Assembly: GCA_963977015.1 (NCBI GenBank)
Contig: CAXBMO010000004.1
Coordinates: 320,001 to 384,000, forward strand
DNA: 64,000 bases
Direction: 5' to 3'
DNA from: an uncultured bacterium
Lineage (GTDB): Bacteria; Verrucomicrobiota; Verrucomicrobiia; Verrucomicrobiales; DEV007
The position numbers were made by a program, and so were the translations under genes. The notes beneath the pieces were generated by a model that saw nothing but the letters and a program-made list of their open reading frames with translations, had not been told where the DNA came from and searched no databases. Positions 12,541-21,625 of this stretch are shown here, one piece after another (the first letter of the stretch is position 1; each line of letters starts with the position of its first letter).

Positions 12541-12765
12541 ATGAAGATTTCCATCACCTACTGCGTTCAGTGAAACTACACCCCTCAGGCCACCAGTTTG
12601 GCGGCCGCAATTCAAGAAACCGACGGATTTGAAGTCGAACTCATCGAAGGTGGCGGTGGCATTTTTGACGTCGTGGCCAATGGCGAGCTGATTTACAGCA
12701 AACACGAAACCGGCCATTTCCCCGAGAACGAGGAGATCGTTTCGCTGCTCAAAAACGCGACCTAG
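12541..12765 (+). CDS. Rdx family (SelW/SelT/SelH-like) selenoprotein with in-frame UGA (Sec)
   Basis: MKISITYCVQ-UGA(12571-12573)-NYTPQATSLAAAIQETDGFEVELIEGGGGIFDVVANGELIYSKHETGHFPENEEIVSLLKNAT-stop. CxxU followed by the Rdx G.FDV...G.LIYSK...GHFP motifs in the same frame. Confidence 0.9.
12588..12606 (+). promoter_or_regulatory. Candidate bacterial SECIS hairpin
   Basis: GGCC-A-CCA-[GTT]-TGG-C-GGCC stem-loop, with a GU-containing apical loop 22 nt after the UGA. Confidence 0.6.
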
Positions 12766-13514
12766 CGCAGGTTCATCACACCACCGTCGAAGTCCCAGGC
12801 ACCTCCCGTGACAAATCCGGCATCGTCGGAACAGAGATAGGTCGCCAACTTCCCGATTTCATTCGGTTTCGCCATTCGCCCGATCGGCTGGGCGGCAGAA
12901 AGCTTTTCGAACATTTTCTCTTCTTCACCCGGGTAATTGTTCGCCAGGTAATTGTCGACGAAGGGCGTGTGAACACGAGCGGGACAGATGCAGTTGCAGC
13001 GAATTCCCTGTTCGATGTAGTCGTGCGCGACCGACAGCGTCATCGTGTAAACCGCCCCCTTGCTCATTGAATAGGCGAACCGGTCCTTCAGGCCCACTTT
13101 CGAGGCAATCGACGCCATGTTGAGAACCACCCCACCGCCTGACGCCACCATTTTGGGCAACGCGGCGTGGAGGAAGTTGTAAACGCCTTTGACGTTGACG
13201 TTGTAAACACGATCCATGTCCGCCTCGGTCGTGGTTTCGACCGTTCCGATGTGCGAAATCCCCGCGTTATTGACCAAGACGTGCAGTTGTTTCGCCGCCG
13301 TGACCTTGTCGATCAGCGCGTCGACCTCACTCTGATTCGAAACATCGCAGGCCAAAAACTCGCCGCCGATATCGTTGGCAACGGTCGTTCCCGCTGCCTC
13401 ATCGCGGTCGACAACCCAGACAAAGGCACCCTCCGCGGCAAATTCCCGAGACATCGCTTCTCCAATGCCAGATCCCGCTCCAGTTATGAGGACATTCTTG
13501 TCTTTAAATCGCAT
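12762..13514 (-). CDS. Short-chain dehydrogenase/reductase (2-keto-3-deoxy-sugar acid dehydrogenase-like)
   Basis: TGAGSGIG, NNAG, YSMSK catalytic motif, IRCNCICPARVHTPFVD. Confidence 0.9.
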   Translation of the reverse strand: MRFKDKNVLITGAGSGIGEAMSREFAAEGAFVWVVDRDEAAGTTVANDIGGEFLACDVSNQSEVDALIDKVTAAKQLHVLVNNAGISHIGTVETTTEADMDRVYNVNVKGVYNFLHAALPKMVASGGGVVLNMASIASKVGLKDRFAYSMSKGAVYTMTLSVAHDYIEQGIRCNCICPARVHTPFVDNYLANNYPGEEEKMFEKLSAAQPIGRMAKPNEIGKLATYLCSDDAGFVTGGAWDFDGGVMNLR

Positions 13515-13614
13515 GGTTGCGATTTAATCCGGCTAGCAAATTGCCGCAACCGGATTCGCATTTCCCGCTGGTTTATCGGTCAATTTCCGTCCATGGTGGC
13601 GCGCCTGACATTGT

Positions 13615-15042
13615 ATGAATTTTCGGCCTGCACTACTGCGTTTCGCTGGATTCGGGAGCGTGCTCGCTCTTGCTGGGTGCGCTGCGTTTACGATTTCCAG
13701 TCCTGAGTCTGAGGCTGGCAAAGACCTTACCTGGCCCGAAGCCTGGAAGGAAGCTGGAACCGGAAACCACGGCAGAATTTCGACCGGCTGGCTGAAAACG
13801 TTTCGGGATCCCGATTTGAATCAGTTGGTCGATTTGGCGATGGAAAACAACCGCGATCTCCAAGCCGCCGCGGCTCGCCTCAAAGTCGCCAAGGAACAAA
13901 CCGTGCCGGCGCGGGCGAATCGATTGCCGGTAGTCGGGTTTCGCGCAAATCAGTCCCGGTCTCGCGATGAAAACGGGCTGGAGAACGCCATTTTTCAGTC
14001 GAATTACCAACTCGGCCTGAACGCGTCCTGGGAAATCGATCTTTGGGGGCGGCTTCGCGATCTGGATTTGGCCGCGCGAGCGGATTTCGCCGGAGCCGAG
14101 GCCGATTTTCGAGCGGCGCGACTTTCGCTGGCTGCCGACACCACGATTGCATGGTTCAACTACATCACGACGGTTCAGCTCGCCAATTTGGCCGAAACCA
14201 CACGAGACAGCTTTGAACGGAACAACCGGATTACCGAGCGGAATTACAAGGCGGGCGACGACACGGCGAGCCCGTTGAATGTGCAATTTGGGCGCTCCAA
14301 CGTCGCTTCGGCGGAACGTTCCCTCGTCCGAGCGCGCCTCAATCAGGAAGAAGCGGCACGAAGTTTGGAGGTGCTGATTGGCCGTTATCCCAACGCGGAA
14401 GTGAAAAGCCGTTCCAACCTTCCCGTGTTGCCCGGCAACATTCCGGCCGGCATCCCTTCCCAACTGCTCTGGCGCCGTCCCGACCTCGCCGCCGCAGCCG
14501 CGGAACTTCTCGCCACCGCCAAACGCGCCGACGCGGCTCGCAAAGATCTGCTTCCCGCCATCAACCTGAACGGCGGCGTTTCCTCATCCGGTGCGGCGCT
14601 CTCCTCCATCCTGCTCGATCCGGATTACTTTGTCTGGACCGTCGCGTCCTCTCTCGCCCAACACGTTTACGAGGGCGGCGCTCCCTCCGCGGCGGCGCGC
14701 CAGGCGCTTGCCCAAAACGAAGTCGCGGTGCGAAACTTTGCCGCATTGGCCCTGGTCGCCTTTCAGGAAGTGGAATCCGGGCTCGCGACCGAAAAATCGC
14801 TCGCCGAACAGGAGGAATTTCTGAACGTCGAGCTCGCCCAGGCCAATTTGGCGGAAACCCAGGCATCGCGCGACTACTCGGAGGGCCTGGTCGGGATTCT
14901 CTCCCTGCTCGAAGCTCAGCGTCGCGCCGTCAGCGCCCGGACCGACATGATCACGCTTCGCAACCAGCGCCTGCGGAATCGCGTCAATCTCCACCTGGCG
15001 CTGGGAGGCGATTTCGAGACGGAACCTTCCGAGAAGCCGTAA
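13615..15042 (+). CDS. RND efflux outer-membrane factor lipoprotein (NodT/OprM family)
   Basis: LAGC lipobox; W...F.DP.L..LV..A..NN.DL; SWEIDLWGRL; LLWRRPDL; LHLALGG. Confidence 0.92.
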   Translation: MNFRPALLRFAGFGSVLALAGCAAFTISSPESEAGKDLTWPEAWKEAGTGNHGRISTGWLKTFRDPDLNQLVDLAMENNRDLQAAAARLKVAKEQTVPARANRLPVVGFRANQSRSRDENGLENAIFQSNYQLGLNASWEIDLWGRLRDLDLAARADFAGAEADFRAARLSLAADTTIAWFNYITTVQLANLAETTRDSFERNNRITERNYKAGDDTASPLNVQFGRSNVASAERSLVRARLNQEEAARSLEVLIGRYPNAEVKSRSNLPVLPGNIPAGIPSQLLWRRPDLAAAAAELLATAKRADAARKDLLPAINLNGGVSSSGAALSSILLDPDYFVWTVASSLAQHVYEGGAPSAAARQALAQNEVAVRNFAALALVAFQEVESGLATEKSLAEQEEFLNVELAQANLAETQASRDYSEGLVGILSLLEAQRRAVSARTDMITLRNQRLRNRVNLHLALGGDFETEPSEKP

Positions 15043-15113
15043 TCCCGCCAGCTCGCAACTCGCTGTGCCAAAATCGTGATTGCCGAAGCTTTCGCCACCT
15101 GAAAGAGTAAGGG

Positions 15114-15683
15114 ATGGATTCAGCTTCCTCCGCGAACGAACTGTTCAGCAGTTCAACGGGCCTCATCGCTTTTGCCTTTCTGCTGACGCTGCTTGTCGGG
15201 CTTTTGTGCCTTCGGATTGTTCGCGATCCGGAAATGTATTTGCAGCGAACCGGAAACCAACGCGGAATCACCGCCGATGACCCCACCGATCGAGATCAAC
15301 TTCTGCTCAACACTCGGCGTCGCGGCTACGTGGGACTCGGCCTGGTCTGTGTTTGCCTGGTGATCCTGGGAATTGCCACGGTTGGACTGCGCAGCGCTAC
15401 GCGGCGCCTTGCGGAGTTCGAGGCCGACCGCCATCAGTTGGTTCAATCGCTCAGAACTCAAACCGCTCACGTCAAAAAACATCAGGCGACTTCGGAATTG
15501 GATAGCGGGATCAAGTTGCTCGAAGAAGTCGTCAAAACGGGCGAGGCCGATGGAACGATTGACCAGGAAAAACTGAATGAGGCGTTGAAAGTGCTGGATC
15601 GGGGAATTGGCAAACTCAATGGCGTGGCGGAAATCTACCAGGAGGCGATCGAAGCTAACGAAAAGCTGGAAGACAAGGAATAG
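15114..15683 (+). CDS. Hypothetical protein with two TM helices and a C-terminal coiled coil
   Basis: Co-oriented ORF filling the gap between the OMF and MFP genes; two hydrophobic segments. Confidence 0.7.
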   Translation: MDSASSANELFSSSTGLIAFAFLLTLLVGLLCLRIVRDPEMYLQRTGNQRGITADDPTDRDQLLLNTRRRGYVGLGLVCVCLVILGIATVGLRSATRRLAEFEADRHQLVQSLRTQTAHVKKHQATSELDSGIKLLEEVVKTGEADGTIDQEKLNEALKVLDRGIGKLNGVAEIYQEAIEANEKLEDKE

Positions 15684-15766
15684 AGTGATTTCGCGACCTT
15701 TTGGTCGAAACTGTGCGTAAATTGGGAAAGACGTGTGTCGGCCTCCCGTTACCAAAACCCTTGTTC

Positions 15767-16987
15767 ATGCAACGCACCCTCCGAATCCTGATTCCTCTCG
15801 CCATCCTTGTGGTTGGCGGAATTGGTTATGGCCTGCTTTCCATCAAGGAGGAAAAGCCGAAGCGGCCGCCGCCCGAACCGCGCGTGCTCCGGACCGAAGT
15901 CATCACCCTAAAGCGTCAGGATTATCAAACCCGGATTCGAACCCAGGGCGTGGTTCGCCCCCACAAGGAAGCGGTTCTCACCGCACAGGTCGCAGGCAAG
16001 GTCCTCGAACTTTCGGAGTCTCTCCACGACGGCTCTTTTTTCGAAGCGGACGAAGTGTTGTTGCGCATCGATCAGGAAGACTTCATCGCGGAGCAAATTT
16101 CCGCGAAGGCGAATCTGGCTCGCGCGACGGCCGCCTTCGCCCAGGAACAGGCCAAAGCCAAACAAGCGCGGCTCAACTGGGAAGACCTGGGATACAAGGA
16201 CGAGCCCAATGAATTGGTGCTGCGCCTTCCCCAACTCCGCGAAGCCGAAGCCAACGTCAAGGCGGCCGAAGCAGCTCTCGAACGAGCCAGCCGGAATCTG
16301 GAACGCACCAGCGTAAAGGCGCCCTTTGCGGGTCGCGTTTTGACTCGAGAAGTTTCGATCGGACAATCGGTGACGTCGTCAACGCCGCTGGCGACCGTCT
16401 TCGAAACGGAGTTCGTCGAGGTTCGCCTCCCGGTTCCGGCCCGGGAAATGGCATTTTTGACGCTGCCGGAAAGCGTGGCTCAGGCATCTGTGCCGGTCGA
16501 GCTTCGCGACGCCTTGAATCCGGAATCGGTCGCGGTCTGGAACGCGGAAATCGTCGGAACCGAAGGCGCGCTGGATCCGGATTCCCGGGAACTTTTCGCG
16601 ATTGCCCGGGTTGCCGATCCCTACTCCCGCAAGACCGAAAGCAAGAGCTCCAATCCACCGTTGCGCATCGGTCAGCCCATCACCGCAGAGATTGAAGGCC
16701 GGGTACTTTCCGACGTTTTTGTCGTTCCCCGCTCAGCCGTCCGCGACCTCAACCAGATTCACCTTGTCGATCCCAAAGAATTGACGCTGACCCGCCATGA
16801 AATCGAGGCGCTTTGGTCCAATGAAGAGTTCTTGATCGTGGCGGACAACGAAATTCCCGATGGCGCCCTCCTGTCCGTGACCCGCCTTGTTTATGCACCG
16901 GATGGCTCGAAAGTTGAGATCATTCCAAGCACGGAGGAGACGCTCAGCGAAGTGAACGTGGGAACTCTGGACTCCCGAGGAACATGA
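15767..16987 (+). CDS. RND efflux periplasmic adaptor (membrane fusion protein)
   Basis: N-terminal TM from ATG 15767; QVAGKV lipoyl half, helical hairpin, T.VKAPFAGRV; overlaps the next gene by ATGA. Confidence 0.92.
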   Translation: MQRTLRILIPLAILVVGGIGYGLLSIKEEKPKRPPPEPRVLRTEVITLKRQDYQTRIRTQGVVRPHKEAVLTAQVAGKVLELSESLHDGSFFEADEVLLRIDQEDFIAEQISAKANLARATAAFAQEQAKAKQARLNWEDLGYKDEPNELVLRLPQLREAEANVKAAEAALERASRNLERTSVKAPFAGRVLTREVSIGQSVTSSTPLATVFETEFVEVRLPVPAREMAFLTLPESVAQASVPVELRDALNPESVAVWNAEIVGTEGALDPDSRELFAIARVADPYSRKTESKSSNPPLRIGQPITAEIEGRVLSDVFVVPRSAVRDLNQIHLVDPKELTLTRHEIEALWSNEEFLIVADNEIPDGALLSVTRLVYAPDGSKVEIIPSTEETLSEVNVGTLDSRGT

Positions 16988-19900
16988 TCCGCTGGTTCGC
17001 AAATAACGACATTGCTGCGAATTTTCTCCTCATCGCGATCCTGTTCGCCGGAATCTACACGGCCATGTTTCGGGTGCCGCTGCAGGTCAGCCCGACCTAC
17101 GAGTTTGAGAGCATCTTCGTAAAGATGAACTACCGGGGCGGAACGCCCAGAGACGTCGAAAAGTCCATCATCATCCCGATCGAGGAGGCGATTCAGGATT
17201 TGCCGGGCATCGCGAAACTCTGGACGTATGCCAACCCGGGACGCGGCTGGGTCCTCGCGCAAATGGAGGATGGCGTGGATCGGCGCGCCTTGCTTGAGGA
17301 AGTCAAAACGCGCGTGGATCGCATCACCACGTTTCCCAGCGAAACGGAGAAACCCGATGTCTACATTCCCGATTCCAATTCCTTCCGCGAAGTCATCAAG
17401 GTCGCCATCACCGGGAATCTCACCACAAAAGAGCTTCGCCATGCCGCGGAGCGTGTTCGCAATGAATTGATGGAGGCTGACGGCATCAGCCAGGTCGAGT
17501 TGGTTGGGGAACGCCCCTACGAGATCGCGATCGAAGCGGATCAGGAAAAGCTCCGGTCCTACGGAATTGGCTTTCAGGAAATCTCCGATGCGATTCGCCG
17601 ATCATCCGTCGACCTGCCAGCCGGGACCATCCAAAGTTCCAGCGGCGATCTCACGGTGCGGACCCGCGGACAGGCCTATACCGCACCGGAGTTCGCCAGC
17701 ATCCCGATTCGTGCTGCCGACGGCGCGGATCTGCGACTGGGTGAGGTCGCGACGGTCAAGGACGGTTTCGAAGAGGGCGAACAACTGGTGCGTTTCAACG
17801 GCGAACCCGCGATGATGGTGGAGATCATGCGTCACGACAAGGAGAGCGCGTTGGAGGTTTCGAGACTCGTTCACGAATATGTCGATTCCGCCGCCCTGCG
17901 TTTTCCTCCCGGCATCCACCTTTACGCCTGGGACGACGAGTCACTTTCGATTCGCGGTCGGCTCGGCACCCTAACCACCTCGCTGATTCAAGGCTGCATC
18001 CTCGTCTTCATTGTGCTCGCCCTCTTTCTCCGGCCATCCGTCGCCCTCTGGGTGGTGATTGGCATTCCGGTCAGTTTCGCCGGCGGAATCCTCTGCATGC
18101 CCTGGTTGGGACTTTCCGCCAACCTGATGAGCGTCTTTGGCTTCATCATTGTGGTCGGGCTCGTCGTCGATGACGCGATCGTGACGGCGGAGAACATCTA
18201 CTCCAAACTCAAAACCGGAATCGATCCGTTGGAAGCTTCCGTCATCGGAACCAAGGAGGTTGCCGTGCCGGTCACCTTTGGCGTGATCACCACCATCGTG
18301 GCCTTTCTGCCTCTGCTCTATTTTCAGGGCCACTGGGGCAATTTCGCCAAACAAATCCCGCCGGTTGTCGCGCCGGTTCTCATTTTTTCGCTCATTGAAT
18401 CCAAGTTGATTCTCCCGGCCCACCTCAAACATCTCAAAATTGGACGCGCCAAGTTTAACTTCTTCACGCGTTTCCAAAAGCGAATTGCCGACGGCTTGGA
18501 AACGTTCGTGGAGAAGGTCTATCAACCGTCGTTGAAGTTCGCAATCGAACATCGCTACTCGGTGTGCGCGGCGTTTTTCGCGATGGCCCTCCTCATGATC
18601 GGCTATTGGCAGGGCGGCCGGCTCGGCTTTGTGTCGATGCCTTCGGTCGATCGACTTCGCATCACCGCCTACATCGACCTTCCAAACGACACGCCTCTTG
18701 AACAAACCGATCTCTACGTCAAGCGAATCGCGTCCAAGGTCGATCAACTCAAGGCCGAGTTTGTCGACCAGGGCACCGGCCGTTCCCTGATCACCAATGT
18801 TCACGAGCAAACCGGCGACTACGATCGCGGAAGCTCCATCGTCAAGGAATCCGAAGGAGAGGTCGCGATCGAGATCCTGCCCCCGAGTCAGCGGAAGAGT
18901 CCCGGCCCGCGAAACAGCGTGATTGCCAATCGCTGGAAGGAACTTGTCGGCGAACTTCCGGAAGCCCAGTCGTTTCGGATCCGGGCCGAACAAAGCGGCC
19001 GGGGTCGTTCCGGCGAAAGTCGAGAGGAGGAGCCGATCGAGATTGAACTCCGCGGCCCGAGTTCGGCAAAGAAAGTGGACATCGCCCACCAGATCAAAGA
19101 CCTCCTCGAAAGTTACGAGGGAATCAGCGATGCCTACACCCAGGTCCGCGGCGATCTCGATGAATTGGAGATCACGCTCAAACCGCGCGCGGCGGAACTC
19201 CAACTCACGCAGCAGTCGCTCGCGAGCCAGATTCGACAAGCGTTTTATGGTGAGGAAGCGCAACGCGTTCAGCGCGGAACCGAGGACATTCGCGTGATGG
19301 TTCGCCTCACCTTGGAGGAACGCCAGTCACTCCACACGCTCGACACGATGCGCGTTCGAACCCCGGGCGGCAGCGATGTTTCGCTCGCATCGGTGGCGGA
19401 CGTCAAGATGGTGAAAGTTCCCGGCCGGATCGAAAGGATCGATGGGGCCGAAGTCATCGAAATCAAGGCGCTTCCCGTTGACGAGTCCATCGACATCATG
19501 GGCATCGCGGAAACTTCGAGTCCCGAAATTCAGGCAATCGTCAATCAGGGCGATGGACTGTCGTTCCGTTACACCGGATTCATTGCGGAAAACGCAGACT
19601 CGAAGCGCCGAACCATCATCGGCGCCATCGCCCTCATGCTCGCGTTGTATGGACTGCTCGCCATTCCCTTCAAGTCGCTCACCCAACCCATTTTCGTTCT
19701 TCTGGCGGTTCCGTTCGGAGTTGTTGGAGCCTTGCTCGGCCACATCATCATGGGAATCACGCCCTCCTATCTCAGCATCTTTGGAATGCTCGCGCTGGCC
19801 GGGGTCGTGGTCAATGACTCGCTCGTGATGGTCGATTTCATCAATCAACGACGAGCCGAGGGCATGCCGCTGAAGGAGGCGATCATCATTGCCGGAGCAC

Positions 19901-20145
19901 GGCGCTTTCGGGCGATCCTGCTCACTTCCATCACCACCTTTGCCGGGCTCATGCCACTGATGTTCGACAACTCGATCCAGGGTCAGTTCCTCATCCCCAT
20001 GGCGGTGTCACTGGGATATGGAATCCTCTTTGCGACCACCATCACCCTCTACCTGATTCCCTGCGCTTACCAGATCAACTCGGATATTGGCAAGGGACTG
20101 GTTTGGTTGAAGGATTGGTATTTGCGCCCGTTCCGATCCGCGTAA
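16984..20145 (+). CDS. RND efflux permease (AcrB/AcrD/AcrF family)
   Basis: 1053 aa; GLVVDDAIVTAEN, GVVVNDSLVMVD, RFRAILLTSITT. Confidence 0.95.
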   Translation: MIRWFANNDIAANFLLIAILFAGIYTAMFRVPLQVSPTYEFESIFVKMNYRGGTPRDVEKSIIIPIEEAIQDLPGIAKLWTYANPGRGWVLAQMEDGVDRRALLEEVKTRVDRITTFPSETEKPDVYIPDSNSFREVIKVAITGNLTTKELRHAAERVRNELMEADGISQVELVGERPYEIAIEADQEKLRSYGIGFQEISDAIRRSSVDLPAGTIQSSSGDLTVRTRGQAYTAPEFASIPIRAADGADLRLGEVATVKDGFEEGEQLVRFNGEPAMMVEIMRHDKESALEVSRLVHEYVDSAALRFPPGIHLYAWDDESLSIRGRLGTLTTSLIQGCILVFIVLALFLRPSVALWVVIGIPVSFAGGILCMPWLGLSANLMSVFGFIIVVGLVVDDAIVTAENIYSKLKTGIDPLEASVIGTKEVAVPVTFGVITTIVAFLPLLYFQGHWGNFAKQIPPVVAPVLIFSLIESKLILPAHLKHLKIGRAKFNFFTRFQKRIADGLETFVEKVYQPSLKFAIEHRYSVCAAFFAMALLMIGYWQGGRLGFVSMPSVDRLRITAYIDLPNDTPLEQTDLYVKRIASKVDQLKAEFVDQGTGRSLITNVHEQTGDYDRGSSIVKESEGEVAIEILPPSQRKSPGPRNSVIANRWKELVGELPEAQSFRIRAEQSGRGRSGESREEEPIEIELRGPSSAKKVDIAHQIKDLLESYEGISDAYTQVRGDLDELEITLKPRAAELQLTQQSLASQIRQAFYGEEAQRVQRGTEDIRVMVRLTLEERQSLHTLDTMRVRTPGGSDVSLASVADVKMVKVPGRIERIDGAEVIEIKALPVDESIDIMGIAETSSPEIQAIVNQGDGLSFRYTGFIAENADSKRRTIIGAIALMLALYGLLAIPFKSLTQPIFVLLAVPFGVVGALLGHIIMGITPSYLSIFGMLALAGVVVNDSLVMVDFINQRRAEGMPLKEAIIIAGARRFRAILLTSITTFAGLMPLMFDNSIQGQFLIPMAVSLGYGILFATTITLYLIPCAYQINSDIGKGLVWLKDWYLRPFRSA

Positions 20146-20266
20146 CCTGAAAATTTCGCGTTTTCGCCAACCTCTCGAATAAATCGAAACCCACTGCGGC
20201 CTAACCTGCTTGAAGGCTCTGCGTCACCATGAACCCGACCATTCCATTTTCTGATTTCGAAACCCC

Positions 20267-21322
20267 GTGTTTGGCTATTTTCTGGATCCCGCAAAGCGAC
20301 TCCGCAAACGCTTCGAGCGCGCGGTAAAACGGTTAACGCGTCTCCATCAGCAGGCCCATCGCATTGTCGATCATTCCATTCGGGAGCCCATTCTCAAGCG
20401 GCATGAGCGCCAGGCCATTCTGGTCGAACGCCTGGCTGATCGAATCGAGGAACTGCCTTTGATCCGCGCCAAAAGCTTCAACTGGCTTCGAGAGGATATC
20501 GACAAGCACCTCACCACCCTTGAAGCCGAGATCGAGCGCTTTCGGGACGAGGCCAGGCCCCTCGAATTCCACGCTCCTTCACCGGACAAATTTCCCCCGC
20601 CTCCCCTCCCCCTTTCCAAGACCGTTTCGGCCAAACCCAACCCACCTCTCTCCTCCCCAACCCTGCCCCATCCCCGAAAGGGAGCAACGGCTGCGCGCAC
20701 CGAGCCGGCGCGTACGAACCCAACCAACCTGGTTGGGCAAGCTCCCGAAGGACCCGGACCAAAGCAACGGCAACGGCGGACGCCGGATTCAGCACTCACG
20801 TTGAGTCCCGATCCCGCTGCGTTGCTCAAGTCCGGGTCCAATTTCGGGTCGCCGCCTTCATCCGCAACGATTCGAACGCTTCAGGAACGAGAATCCGGAA
20901 TGCGCGATCAACTTGATCAGTTGGCCCGCGATATTTTTCAATTGCAGGCCCACAAACCAGACCAGTTTTCGGTCTTTGATTGGAGCGAACTGACCCAGAA
21001 GGCGAGAACCCGGCTTCAACAGGCGCGAGTGCAGCTTGGCACCTGTTCGCGCTGGATTCTGGCCGGCAAGATGGTGGTGACGTCGCGGGACGACTGGAGA
21101 GACGACTTCCAGAAACTCGAGACGGAGATTCGCGATCTGCAGAATCAGGTTCAACGCCTTCGCAATCCCAACGCAGTTCGGGATCTCCTCAACGCGAAGA
21201 AGCCGCCCCAGGAACCTGGCCCAAAACCGGGTTTCAATCCGGTGTCTCTTTCACACCGTTCCGGTCCTCGCCGCCGCACCACCCCGGTTGGACTCCCCAC
21301 CAAGTCGCATCCCGGCCAGTAG
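20267..21322 (+). CDS. Hypothetical protein (two helical regions joined by a Pro-rich linker)
   Basis: 351-aa ORF filling the interval; no recognised motif. Confidence 0.55.
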   Translation: MFGYFLDPAKRLRKRFERAVKRLTRLHQQAHRIVDHSIREPILKRHERQAILVERLADRIEELPLIRAKSFNWLREDIDKHLTTLEAEIERFRDEARPLEFHAPSPDKFPPPPLPLSKTVSAKPNPPLSSPTLPHPRKGATAARTEPARTNPTNLVGQAPEGPGPKQRQRRTPDSALTLSPDPAALLKSGSNFGSPPSSATIRTLQERESGMRDQLDQLARDIFQLQAHKPDQFSVFDWSELTQKARTRLQQARVQLGTCSRWILAGKMVVTSRDDWRDDFQKLETEIRDLQNQVQRLRNPNAVRDLLNAKKPPQEPGPKPGFNPVSLSHRSGPRRRTTPVGLPTKSHPGQ

Positions 21323-21330
21323 TCCGATTT

Positions 21331-21624
21331 TCAGTCTCGCCTCGCCCGGCGATTGGAATCCCGGAAATCGATCGGACGTTTCTTCACCCACGCGACAAAC
21401 TTCTGGATTTCCTCGTGCTCCAGCAAGGCCTCAATCGTGCTGTAGTTCTTCGCCAATTCCGACTCCGTCAGCACACTGTGAATTTTGCCATGACAAATCG
21501 TGTGGAGAATCGCGATCGGCCCATGTTTCCCACCTTTTAGTTTGGGCGTCAGGTGATGACGACTTTCCAGGTGCGCGGGAATTTCGCGTCCGCAAAGAGG
21601 GCAGGTTTTCAATGGGGCCGTCAT
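21331..21624 (-). CDS. Small HNH-endonuclease-like zinc-binding protein
   Basis: CPLCGR...SRHHLTPK.KGG...LHTICHGKIH; starts 1 nt after the pbpC stop. Confidence 0.8.
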   Translation of the reverse strand: MTAPLKTCPLCGREIPAHLESRHHLTPKLKGGKHGPIAILHTICHGKIHSVLTESELAKNYSTIEALLEHEEIQKFVAWVKKRPIDFRDSNRRARRD

Positions 21625-21625
21625 T

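Noticed and set aside
12526-12717. 63-aa minus-strand ORF in the ORF track
   Set aside because: It is the antisense shadow of the Rdx selenoprotein gene and has no motif of its own.
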